From Heterodontus francisci (Eukaryota): a stretch of 64,000 nt of DNA. The notes beneath the pieces are model-generated. The model had not been told where the DNA came from. It saw nothing but the letters and a program-made list of their open reading frames with translations, and searched no databases. Position numbers and translations under genes: made by a program. This document shows positions 1 through 11,379 of this stretch, one piece after another; position 1 is the first letter of the stretch, and every line of letters starts with the position of its first letter. The stretch spans positions 22,561,619 through 22,625,618 of the forward strand of contig NC_090388.1 in the NCBI RefSeq assembly GCF_036365525.1. Reading direction: 5' to 3'.

Positions 1-589
1 TCAAAATGTTTGTAATTGTGTTTACTTGACCTCTTGTTCCTGTATGTCCATTCCATTTATTGTTTTATTATCTATAATTGCCTTTTTTATGGTACCTTAA
101 AACAACATTTTGAGCCGATCTGTCTGCATCAACAGCTCCATAACTAATTAAGTTTATTGCTACCTTTTATTGGTGTCACACGAGATATCTTAATGTGTGT
201 GTTTATCTTCCAAGTCCCTAACAACAGAGACACAAATGGGGATTTCCCAACTTGTTTCTGCTTCATAACAGGGACGTTGAAAGACCTTGAAATTTTTAAC
301 TCTACCTTCTTAAAGGGGAATGTCGGTGAGTCTTGAAAACTGACCATTTATTCAATCTTTAATTCTGAAAGGTATAATATATTAACTATGTCTAAATGCT
401 ACCTAATTAAGCCTATTATACCTATATTCCATCACACGGTCAGATTTTAATGCCGCCAATACTGATACAAATTGAAGGGTTTGTTCATGACTTTATTTTT
501 CTCTTCTGTACACTATTGCTGGCACAGCAGAGATTGTGCTATGGCAGTACAAATGGGAAGTTTTCTGCTTTACATTTTAGTTTTGTTTT

Positions 590-1405
590 CATCCAGTACT
601 GGATAAGCAAAAATTTCCTCCTGTTAAATATTTGGAAGACTGAAGCCATTGTTTTCAGTCCCTACTTCAAACTCCGTTCCCTAGCTGCCGACTCCAACCC
701 TCTCTCTGGCAATTTGTCTGAGACTAAACCAGACTCTTGACAACCTTGGTGTCATATTTAACCCCGAGACGAGCTTCCAACCACATATTTATGCCATCAC
801 TAAGAGCGCCTTTTTTTATTTCCGTAACATCTTACGACTTTGCCTGTGCCTCAGCTCATCTGCTGAAACCCACATTCATACCTTTGTTAGCTCTAGACTC
901 GACCAATCCAAAGAGCTTTTGGCTGGTTTCCCACATTCTACCCTCCGTAAACTTGAGTTCATCCAAAACTCTGCTGCCAGTGTCCTAACTCGCACTGTTC
1001 CGTTCACCTATCACCCCTGCGCTCTAATGTTTTGATTTTAAAATTCTCATCCATGTTTTCAAATCCCTGCATGGCCTTGCCCCCTCCCTATCTCTGTAAT
1101 CTCTTCCAACCCCACAACCCTTCAGATGTCTGCTCTCATCTAATTATGGCCTCTTGAGCATCCTCAATTTTACTCACTCCTTCATTGGTGGCCGTGCCTT
1201 CAGTTGCCGAGGCCCCAAAATCTGGAATTCCCTTCTTACACCTCTCCATCTGTCTACCTCGCTTTCCTTTTTTAAACACTCCTTTAAAACCTACCTCTTT
1301 GACCAAGCCTTTGGTCGTCTGACCTATGTGGCTTGGTAGCATATCTTGCTTTATAATGCTCCTGTGAAGGACCTTTGGGATGTTTTATTACAATAAAGGG
1401 GCTCT
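590..1405 (+). mobile_element. L2-clade LINE, decayed 3' portion
   Basis: RT C-terminal relic (IQYWISKNFLLLNIWKTEAIVF; GRAFSCRGPKIWNSL; FKTYLFDQAF) and an L2-like tail (tgtgaaggacctttgggatgttttattacaataaagg). Boundaries approximate. Confidence 0.75.
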
Positions 1406-1879
1406 TTTGTTTTGTTTTGTTTTGTTTTTTATGGCAAAACTGAGAATTAACAGTGTCATGGAACAAAATAAGTAGACACTGATGCACATAACTTTGTCAC
1501 ACTCAGCCTCACGTGCACATGCAGGCATACGGAGTCCACAAATGCATTTTATTATGTAGAAGGCATTGTCACTTTTTCTGAAGAATGTAATAACTTTCAC
1601 AGTAATGAAACAGTCTGCTGCCGTTGATTATTCCATAATCTAAACATTAGAAGATGTCTTTCACTGATTATTAAAAGCACTAGTACGTCTTTGCACTTCA
1701 AAATAACAGTCAATCCAACAATGTAAATATAGAAATGAAGTATCAAAATTATCATCAAAGAAATTACATCGCATGACTTGCCACTCGTATCCAGCATGTA
1801 TGTGACATTTAGGTTTATATTTATATTTGAATTAAGCTGAATAGCATAAGTCTCACAGCTTGAAAGCTCTTATTCATAA

Positions 1880-3507
1880 ATAAAAACAAAGTGCTGGAAA
1901 TACTCAGTAGGTCAGGCAGCATCTGTGGAGAGAAAAGGAGAGTCAACGTTTCAGGTCAGTGATCTTTCATTAGATCCTTCAAATTAAAGGTGTTGCTATA
2001 CATACCCGCATGGGTTCTAGTTATGCCTGTCTTTTTGTGGGATATGTCCTTGTTCCAGTCCTACTCTGGCCCCCTCCCTCACTTCTTTTTCCGGTACACT
2101 GATGATTGTATCGGTGCCGCTTTCTGCCCAAACTGGAAAACTTCATCAACTTTGCTTCCATTTTCCACCCTTCTCTCACCTTTACATGGTCTATTTCTGA
2201 CACTTCCCTTCCCTGCCTAGACTTCTCTGCCTCCATCTCTGGGGTAGGCTGTCTACTAATATTCATTATAAGCCCACCGACTCCCAAGGCTACCTTGACT
2301 ACACTTTCTCACACCCTGTTTCCTGTAAGGACTCCATCCCACTCTCCCAGTTTCTCCGTCCCCGAAGCATCTGTTCTGATGATGCAACATTCCACAACAG
2401 TGCTCTGACATGTCTTCCTTTTTATTCAACCATGGATTCCCCCCACTGTGGTTGGTAGGGCACTCAGCTATGTCTGACCTATTTCCCACACTTCTGCCCT
2501 CACCCCTTCCCCTCCCTCCCAGAACCGCGACAAGGTTCCTCTTGTCCTCACTTTCCACCCCACCAGCCTCCACATCCAATGGATCATCCTCCAGCATGAT
2601 GCCACCACCAAACGCATCTTTCCTTCCCCTCCCCTGTCAGCATTGTTCCCTCCGTGATACCCAGGTCCACTCCTCCATCTTGCCCAACCCTCGTCCCCTT
2701 GCAACAACACCTTCCTATGCAATCGCAGGAGGTATAATACCTGCCCTTTTACCTCCTCTCTTCTCACCATCCAAGGCCCCAAACACTCCTTCCAGGTGAA
2801 GCAGCGATTTACTTGTCCTTCCTTCAGTTTAGTATACTGTATTTGCTTCCCACAGTGCAGTTGCCTCTATATTGTGAGACCAAACGCAGATTGCGTGACC
2901 GCTTTGCGGAACACCTCCGTTGAGTCTGAACGCATGACCCCGAGCTTCTGGTTGCTTGCCATTTCAATACCACCCCCCGCCACCCCGTTCTCATGTCTAT
3001 CCTTAGCCTTCTCCAGAGTTCCAATGAACATCAACACAAGCTCGAGGAGCAGCACCTGATCTTTCAATTGGGCACTCTACAGCCTTGCAGACTAAACATT
3101 GAGTTCAATAATTTCAAAGCGTGACTGGCCTTTATTCTGCTATTAACACCCCTCTCTGGACGAATGCTTTGTCTTTCACCACAATCATGAACACACTCTT
3201 TGCCTTTGTGCCATGACAGCTTTGTTATTTTAATCTCTCCTACCCTCTGCCCTATCGCACACCTTCCCTTTTGTTCTCTTCCCCACCAACCCACACCGCC
3301 CCCCCGCCACTTCACTTGCTTAAAACTTAATTCTTTTGTTCTGTTCCCCACCAACCCACAACGCCCCCACCCTCGCCACTTCACTTGCTTAAAACTTAAT
3401 TCTTTTCTAACCTTTGTTAGTTCTGATAAAAGATCTGAAACATTAACTCTGCTTCTCTCCACGGATGCTGCCTGGCCTGCTGAGTATTTCCAGCACTTTC
3501 TGTTTTA
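1880..3507 (+). mobile_element. Penelope-like retroelement, 5'-truncated, with inverted 5' pLTR
   Basis: RT motif FFRYTDD (~2085-2106) and GIY-YIG-like FTCPSFSLVYCICFPQCSCLYI (2796 ORF). Sense pLTR at ~3419-3507; its reverse complement at ~1880-1974. Confidence 0.85.
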
Positions 3508-3607
3508 ACTATTATTGAAGAAACGCATGTCTTGTCTTAAATTGTCAAGTGGCAAAATTGGCAGACATAGTCCGGGAGAGTAGGCGCCATGTTTTTTTTA
3601 CAGTAAA

Positions 3608-5745
3608 ATATATACGAACATATGAATTAGGAGCAGGAATAGGCTGCTCGGCCCTTCAAGTCTGTTCCATCATTCAATATGGCCACATGGCTGAACTGAT
3701 TGTAACCTCGACTACACATTCCGACCTACCCCGATAACCTTTCACTCCTTTGCTTATCAAGAATCTAACTACCTCTGCCTTAAAAATATTTAAAGACGTT
3801 GCTTCCACGGTCTTTTGAGGAAAAGACTCTCAACCCTCAGAGAAAATGTTTCTCCTCATCTCTGTCTTAAATGGGAAACCCCTTATTTTTAAAAGTGACC
3901 CCTAGCTCAAGATTCTCCCACAAGGGGAAACATTCTTTCTACATCAACCCTGTCAAGACCCCTCAGGATCTTATATGTTTCAATCAAGTCGCCTTTTACT
4001 TTCCTAAACTCCAGCAGATATAAGCCTAGCCTGTCCAACCTTTCCTCATAAAACAACCCGCCTATCCCAGGTATTAGTCCAACTGAACTGCTTCCAACAC
4101 ATTTACATCCCTTAAATAAGGAGACCAATACTGTACACAGTACTCCAGATGCAGTCTCACCAATGCCCTATACAACTGAAGCATAACCTCGCTACTTTTG
4201 TATTCAATTCCCCTTGCAATAAACGATAACATTGTATTAGCTTTCCTAATTACTTGATGAACCTGCTTAATAACCTTTTGTGATTCATTCATCAGGACGC
4301 CCAGATCCCTCTGCATCTCAGAGCTCTGCAGTCTCTCACCATTTAGATAATAGTCCTTTTTTATTCTTCCTGCCAAAGTGGCCAATTTCACATATTTTCC
4401 CACATTATGCTCCATTTGCCAGATCTTTGTCCACTCACTTTGCTGACTATATCCCTTTATAGCCTCCTTGTGTCCTCTTCGTAACTTCCTTTCCTACCTG
4501 TCTTTGTGTCATCAGCAAATTTAGCAACCATACCTTCGGTCGATTCATCCAAGTCATTTATATAAATTGTAAAACGTTGAGACCCCAGCACTGATCCCTG
4601 TGGCGCACCACTCGTTACATTTTGCCAACCAGGAAATAACCCTTTTATGCCAACTCTCTGTTTCCTGTTAGCTAGCCAATCTTCTATCCATGCCAATATG
4701 TTACTCCCCACACCATGAGCTTTTATTTTCCGCAATAACCTTTGATGTGGCACCTTATCAAATGCCTTCTGGAAATGTGAGAACTGTCCATCCACCGGTT
4801 CCCCTTTATCCACAGCACATGTTACTTCTTCAAAGAACTCCAGTAAATTGGTTAGACGTGATTTCCCTTTCACAAAACCACGTTGACTCTGCCTGATTAC
4901 CTTGAATTTTTCTAAGTGCCTTGCTGTAACATCTTTAATAATAGATTCTAACATTTTCCCTAAGACAGATGTTAAGCTAACTGGTTAAGCTAAGCAGTCT
5001 CACTCCCTTTTTGAATAAAGGAGTTACATTTGTCAGTTTTGAATCTGATGGAATCTTCCCTGAATTTATGGAATTTTGGAAAAATAAAACCAATGCATCA
5101 ACTATCTCAGTAGCCACTTCTTTTTGGACCATAGGATGAAGTCCATCAAGTCCCAGGGACTTGTCAGCCCGCAGCTCCAACAATTTGCTGAGTACCACTT
5201 CACTGGCTGGAATTTTTTTGAGTTCCTCCCTCCTTTCCATTTCCTGAATTACAATTATTTCTGGGATGTTACTTGTATTCTCTGTAGTGAAGACCGTTGC
5301 AAAATACCTGTTCAATTCATCTGCCATCTCCTTATTTTCGCTTATTAATTCCCCAGACTCACTTTCTATAGGACCGACATTCACTTTGTTAAGTCTTTTT
5401 TAAGTATCTATAGAGACTCTTACTGTTTTTATATTTCTAGCTAGCTTTCTCTCATACTCTAATTTTCCCCTCCTTATCAATCATTTAATCATTCTTTGCT
5501 GTTCTGTATATTCTGTCCAATCATCCGACCTGCCACCCATATTTGCACAACTATATGTGCTTTCTTTAAGTTTGATATTATCTTTAACTTTTTTAGTTAA
5601 CCACGGATAGTGGGTCCTCCCCTTGGAATTTTTATTTTCTCGTTGGATTGTATCTATTCTGTAATATCCCTTTAAATGTCTGCCACTGCATCTATTGATC
5701 TATCCCTTAACTTAATTTGCCAGTTCACCTTAGCTAGCTCTGCTA
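3608..5745 (-). mobile_element. CR1 LINE, 5'-truncated and frameshifted
   Basis: Minus-strand ORF fragments with FQKAFDKVPH, GAPQGSVLG, KFADDTK and LEYCVQYWSP; CR1 3' tail near 3608-3680. Confidence 0.92.
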
Positions 5746-8700
5746 CCCTAGATCGCCGGAAAAAGAATCGATTGTGTCACATCAATATGTTGAAACAATA
5801 TCACCGCCTGGAGGTGGATAAGCAAGCACAGGTATGTTAGGTAGTAGGGACAATGAAGGATGAAAGGGAAATTGAGGTTGAGACAGAAGGAAGCCTAGAC
5901 AATTCTAAGATAGAACTTCCTACTATCCGGTTAGCTAATACTGAATTGTTGGGGAGATTAGAGACTGTTGTTATGACCAGGTAAGAAAGGGGTCTAGGGT
6001 TCGCTTTCAGCCTTCACCTGGTCTCACTGTAACAGCGTTTAATTTTAAACACGCTGTGTTTTTAGCTCCCCCTTAGTGAATCCTTGTTCATTGCTTTCCA
6101 ATTATAAGGCAAAGAAACCAGACAAACTGGTTTTCTTAGGTTTAAAGAAGAAAGGTTGAACTTTCTTAAACTTAAACTCTAATTTGGTTAATGCCTACAG
6201 ATACGCGATGTGTCCACGCTATCATGCATACACGAAACACACATGCAGATAGAGACAGAAAAGAGCAGAAGTAATAAAGTGGAAAAGTTTGAGGCAATAT
6301 CTGAAGATGGTTTTGGTTACTGTTATTAGAGCTCGCTGTAGAGTCCTTGATTGTAGGTAGGCCTTGCTTTTCATTGGGGCCCAGTATTCTTAAACCTTGT
6401 TTGATGTTGGAGACTTTTTTCTCTTGAGGCTCACGTGTCTTCATTGGGTTTGGAGTTCCGTGAGAAGGAGATGGGAGCAGACAGGAGAGGTCTTCTCAAT
6501 CCAGGAGCAAACAGTCTTTGTGTTCAAACTGTCTGTGGCTAGTTCAAAAATCCCTGGACCAGCCAGTTAGTCATGTGATCACTTTTCTTGGCTTTGTGGA
6601 TTGGATCACCTTCGCAGTCTCTGGAATGTTCTTTCTTACACCTTCAATGTCTGGTGATCAAAATCAATTTGGGTTAGTTGGAGCAGGGTATAGCCCTTTG
6701 TCTCCACAAGCAGTGTCTTTTAGTATGCAAATGACTTTCCAGCCAAGTGATTTTATAACAAGTCCTTTCTTCACTCCAGCAACAGTTAAAATCAGTGTTC
6801 ATCTGACAAAATTAATATGCCTCATTCTTGGTAGGTGGGGGATCTGTATGACACTGCGCTTTCATATTTAGATACAGAACAGCAAGAAGACCTAACAAGG
6901 CTACTCACTACAAGGAGCCAGGATGTCAACCTTAGCCATATATGATGTGGATGGAGGAGAAACCTCTCCTATAAAACAGCATCCTATTGCTTAAATCCAG
7001 AGAAACAGGCCCAGGTGAAAGCAGAAATCGAATACATGTTGGAAAATCACCTAATTTGAACCCAGTCAAAGCAGCTGGAGTTCCCCAGTCATGTTACAGC
7101 CTAAGCCTGATGGTTCAATTAGATTTTGCATAGACTACAGAAAGGTTAATGCAGTAACAACGGCTGACTTCTATCCAATTCCTTGCTTGGAAGACTGTAT
7201 TGACAGTGTTGGTAGTGCCATGTTTCTTACAAAATTAGATTTGTTAAAAGGATACAGGCAAGTTCCTTTAACACCCTGAGCTAAATAAATATCAGCCTTT
7301 GTCATTCCAGACGGTCTTTTCCAATGCTGAGTGATGCCATTCGGGCTAAAAAAAAAAAGCCCCAGCAGCTTTTCAGAGACTAACGAACCAGGTGGTAGCC
7401 AGTGTTCCTTACTAATGGCTTACCTTGATGATGTGCTATTATACAGTGACACTTGGAACAACTAAAAGCTCTGACAAAATTACAGTCAGCTGATTTGGTG
7501 ATAAACCTTTTGCAAATTCACTTTTGACAAGGGCGAATAAACTACCTAGGGCATATAGTAAGGAAAGGAAAAATGCTCCCAAGAACAGCAAAAGTACAAG
7601 CATTGATGGAGTTTCCTGCTCCTAAGACTAAATGAGAGATCATGAGGTTCTTGGGGATATGTGGTTTCTACTGCAAGTTTGTACCAAATTTTGTAATATG
7701 GCTGCTCCACTGACAGTTTTGCTACAAAAAAAAGCCAAGGTATTGTGGTCAGGAGGCGTGCCAAGCATCCTTTGAGAGGCTGAAAGCATTTTGATCAATG
7801 AACCAGTATTGGCTGCCCCAAATTTCACTTAGTCTTTCAAGGTAGCAGTTGATGCTAGTGACCTCTGGGTTGGTGCAGTCCTGTTCCAAGACAATGAATC
7901 GGGCATAGTAAGGCCAGTGGAAAACTTTTCCAAAAAGCTAAATTGACACCAAAAGAAATGCTTAAGAGTGGAAAAAGAAACCCTGGGCTTACTACTAGCT
8001 CTTAAGCATTTTGAAGTTTATATCCCCCATGACTACAAAGAGACACTGGTATATACTGATCATAACTCCTTAGCCTTTGTGGAAAAATTGAAACACCAGA
8101 CTGTTTTGATGGAGTTTACTATTGCAACTCTATCACTTAAAGATTATCCACATTGTGGGGAAAACAATGTAATTGCTGATGCTTTGTCGAGAATTTAACT
8201 TTGCTTTGAGTTATCTGAATACAAAGCAGAACTGTATTAGTTGCAGGTAAAGTGTGAATGAGAAGGAATGTGGAAATATGTTTTAATATTTTTTCTTTTT
8301 TTACCACACTTTGTAATGAAACGATTTAAAAAATGGTGTTTTATTCCTCCAAGGATGGAGGTGTTATGAAAGTGCTTCCATTTTAAAATATTTTTTGAGG
8401 ACTTGTGTTTTAGAATTGTGCAAATGGATTTATTTGAGACTGGAGGGATTCCATGGACGTGTTTTTTTTAAAGGGTTACTGGAAAGACTGTTTAAAAACA
8501 ACATTTACTGGATGCCACATGTCTTCGGCTAAGTAAACAGCAAGGTACCTACTGACTATGGGAGTTGTTGACAAGAGAAGTGACATGTCAAGATTTATGG
8601 TGCTCATGAGTGGGTTTCATTTTTGAATACTGTTTTGAGTCAGTTGGATTTGTAGCCTGCTGAAAGAAATACCCAGCTCCATCTTTTCTCCCCCTCTTTG

Positions 8701-9222
8701 AGAAACCCTGTGGCTTGAGTAAGAAATAGAGAAACCAAAGCAGCATTTCTCCTGAGAAGCTTCTGGAAGACTTCCTCTCGACATCTCCTCAATGAACTGC
8801 TTCTTAAAAGATCCCAGTGACCTGTCTACGTGTACTCTGATGTCGGACTACATGCTAGCTGAAACATAACATCATCTTTTTTCTTCAAGAATTAACAAGT
8901 ACTTTGGCCAAAGCATCTTTATTTTTCCTTCAATGGGAGTGTGTGTGTTTGTGTTGGGTATTTAGAAGGGGAAATATATACATTTACTGTCATATTTCAA
9001 AATGTGTTAAAGCTTTGCATCTTTATTGACTAAGTCTTGTTTTACAATAAATTAATACTTTTGTTTATGAAGGAAACCTGGTTGGTGGATTTTATTTTTA
9101 AAAAAAATAGAGTATATAATTGACCGCATTGGTAACTGGGTACACATTTAAATATATGTTGTGAGCTGTGAAGAAGAGGAACCAGAAAAAGACAGTCCGC
9201 TCCTCCTGCCTCGGTCGTAACA
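5745..9222 (+). mobile_element. Ty3/Gypsy relic with integrase upstream of RT (Gmr1-like), including its 3' LTR
   Basis: Integrase C-terminal-like DRRKKNRLCHINMLKQYH (~5751-5804), then RT (PKPDGSIRFCIDYRKVNAV, LDLLKGY, YLDD) and RNase H (VDAS, EKETLGLL, YTDHNSL, NVIADALSR). Purine tract aaggatggagg precedes a TG...CA LTR at 8362-9222. Confidence 0.8.
5969..6853 (-). mobile_element. Solo LTR (family A) inserted into the Gmr1-like element
   Basis: TGTTATGACC...GTATGACA termini with 4-bp flanks ctgt/ctgc; reverse complement of the LTRs at 54596 and 58385. Confidence 0.85.
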
Positions 9223-9329
9223 CTACAGATAGTTTAAAGATGGTGTTCTAGGCAGGGGTCTTCCTCGTTCTGCTGGAGCTGATGTAATCTCTCTTTCTGG
9301 CTCTGCCTTTGTCAGCCCAGCATATACTT

Positions 9330-9460
9330 TTTTTAAGGGGAGTTGAGGGCTCTGAGGAGCTGGCACGAAAGAGGAGTTGAAGTCTGGGGCAGATCAGCCA
9401 TGACCTTATTGAATGGTGGGGCAGGCTTGAGGGGCCGAATTGCCTACTCCTGCCCCTGAT
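9330..9460 (+). mobile_element. CR1 3' tail fragment
   Basis: gatcagccatgaccttattgaatggtggggcaggcttgaggggccgaattgcctactcctg matches other CR1 tails in the window. Confidence 0.7.
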
Positions 9461-9889
9461 ATCTGTCATGTGACCGTGATTTCTATTTACCATTGTCTGA
9501 TGGGGCCATTGTTAGACAATGGGGTCTGCGTGTCACCCATCTTCATTCCAATTTGATAAAGTGGAGCTTTCCACACCCATTCATTTTAACTTTGAATTTG
9601 GAGACACCATGTCTGCCATGCCATTGTTAATCCAATTTGTTGAAGAGCGATAGCCTTTAACACAGAATGGGTCATTTACTTTTTAATGCCTTCTCCAAGG
9701 CTGGTCCAGACATGAAGATTGACTTGGGTTCTTGTAGTTTCCATATGTATTGGCAGTACAGGATAAGATCACATGACCTCTCGACTCCATCTTGTTTTTC
9801 AGGAAAAGTATCCATTTTAGTTTTGTTACGCAAGTTCTTGTATAGTTCATAATTTCCAGATGCGTGAGCGTGACAGTACAAACATCATG

Positions 9890-10014
9890 TAAAGGCAAAA
9901 GATGCTGGAAATCTGAAATAAAAACAAAGTGCTGGAAATACTCAGCAGGTCAGGCAGCATCTGCGGCGAGAGAAGCAGAGTTAAAGTTTCAGGTCTGTGA
10001 CCTTTCATCAGAAC
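9890..10014 (-). mobile_element. Isolated Penelope pLTR with a hammerhead-like motif
   Basis: Same pLTR sequence as 1880/3420; minus strand reads gtt-CTGATGA-aaggtcacagacct-GAAAC-tttaac. Confidence 0.8.
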
Positions 10015-10306
10015 AGTACAATTCACGATCAGTACAAAAATTATGCATTTTCCCCAAGAGGAGTACAATTTTTGCTGTTAATTAAAATTTTAATATGAAT
10101 GCCACAGGGAGTGGGAAGGGGTTCCAAGGTGGTTTTATATCACTGTCTTTCTTAAATACAAACACCATGTAAAGATATTAAAGTGAAAATCTCTTCTTTA
10201 AAGTTTCAAATATTTGGATAAAGTTACAAAAAATACATAATTGCATATTTTTATAGAGAACATATAAATTGTAACGTGTTAATTATTTGTTACTGCTGCA
10301 TTACAG

Positions 10307-10402
10307 GAACTAAAATTAAAAGATGAAGAATGTGAGCGATTATCCAAAGTCAGAGACCAACTGGGCCAAGAACTAGAAGAACTTACAGCTAGTTTATTTG
10401 AG
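10307..10402 (+). CDS. RAB3IP: RAB3IP coding exon (Sec2/GEF coiled coil): [32 protein letters not shown]
   Basis: ttacag|GAA...GAG|gtttgt, 96 nt, phase 0/0; peptide recognised as Rabin8. Confidence 0.95.
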
Positions 10403-10415
10403 GTTTGTATTTAAT

Positions 10416-11055
10416 GGGGAAATTTTATGCTTTCCTTTGTGGCAGGTTTGGAGGTGGGGAGAGCAGAGAATCGTGTGGACCCTGCCACCTTCTCGTCTCC
10501 TGCTGCCAATTGAGACCCTCAAGTGGACAATTAGCCAAGCGGTGGGCAGGCCTGTTGCCACATGGGAAGCATGCAAGAAAACTCATGCGGGTTGCTTGCC
10601 GGCTCCGGAGTTTCGGGTGATTCATTCATAAAAGACACTTAATGCCTGAACGAGGGACCTGGCATTGGGAAGGTTGGGAGTGTGGGTGTCCTCTGAGAGC
10701 TACACCCCTGCCCTTGCTGCCGACCCCCTCCCTGCGAGACCCCTTCAACTCTGATCTATCTTTGGCCTGGGTCCAGCGCCACTCGTCAGCCTTGGGTGAG
10801 TGCTGCACTGGCAGCAGTCACCACCTCCGCAGTGGCACTGTTCAGTTAAAGAGCTGCCGGCCTCTGATTGACCGGGAGCTCTAAGTGCGGGACCTCTGTC
10901 GTCTGGGTCCTTGATCCATTGGAAGGCCTGCCACTGTCCAGTTAAGAGCCTGATTGTCACTTAATTTGGCAAGCCTCACACAGAAGGGGCGGCGCAGGTT
11001 GCTCTGTGCTTTTGCCAGAGGTAGAGACCCCCGTCGCCCAGATAAAATCCTGGCT
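10416..11055. mobile_element. PIF/Harbinger-like MITE
   Basis: Imperfect terminal inverted motif ggggaaattttat/ataaaatcctggct with 3-bp flanks aat/aat; GC-rich, non-coding. Confidence 0.6.
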
Positions 11056-11379
11056 AATGAGTACGAGCTGAATTACGATCTAGGCTATATTGAATGGAAC
11101 TAATTCTGTTGAATGCATAATTCAATTTAACCTTGAGCTCTGTAAAACATGCTTACTTCATGTTAATTCCTAGGATGGATTGAACTGATTACTGAGTCAG
11201 GGCAGTTTTCTAGAATGATGTTTTTAGAACCGACCATGGAACAGACCATACATGATTTAATGATGGATAATAAACTGCAGTAAACTGGGCTGAACTGCTA
11301 ATGAGTAAACCTACAAATAGTGAGAAATATTCAAAAACAAATTTGGTACGATACAAAATCAGTCCGTACCTCTAAAAGG

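Noticed and set aside
1-10306. Upstream RAB3IP exons or promoter
   Set aside because: No Rabin8-like peptide or CpG island seen; the 5' exons lie outside the window.
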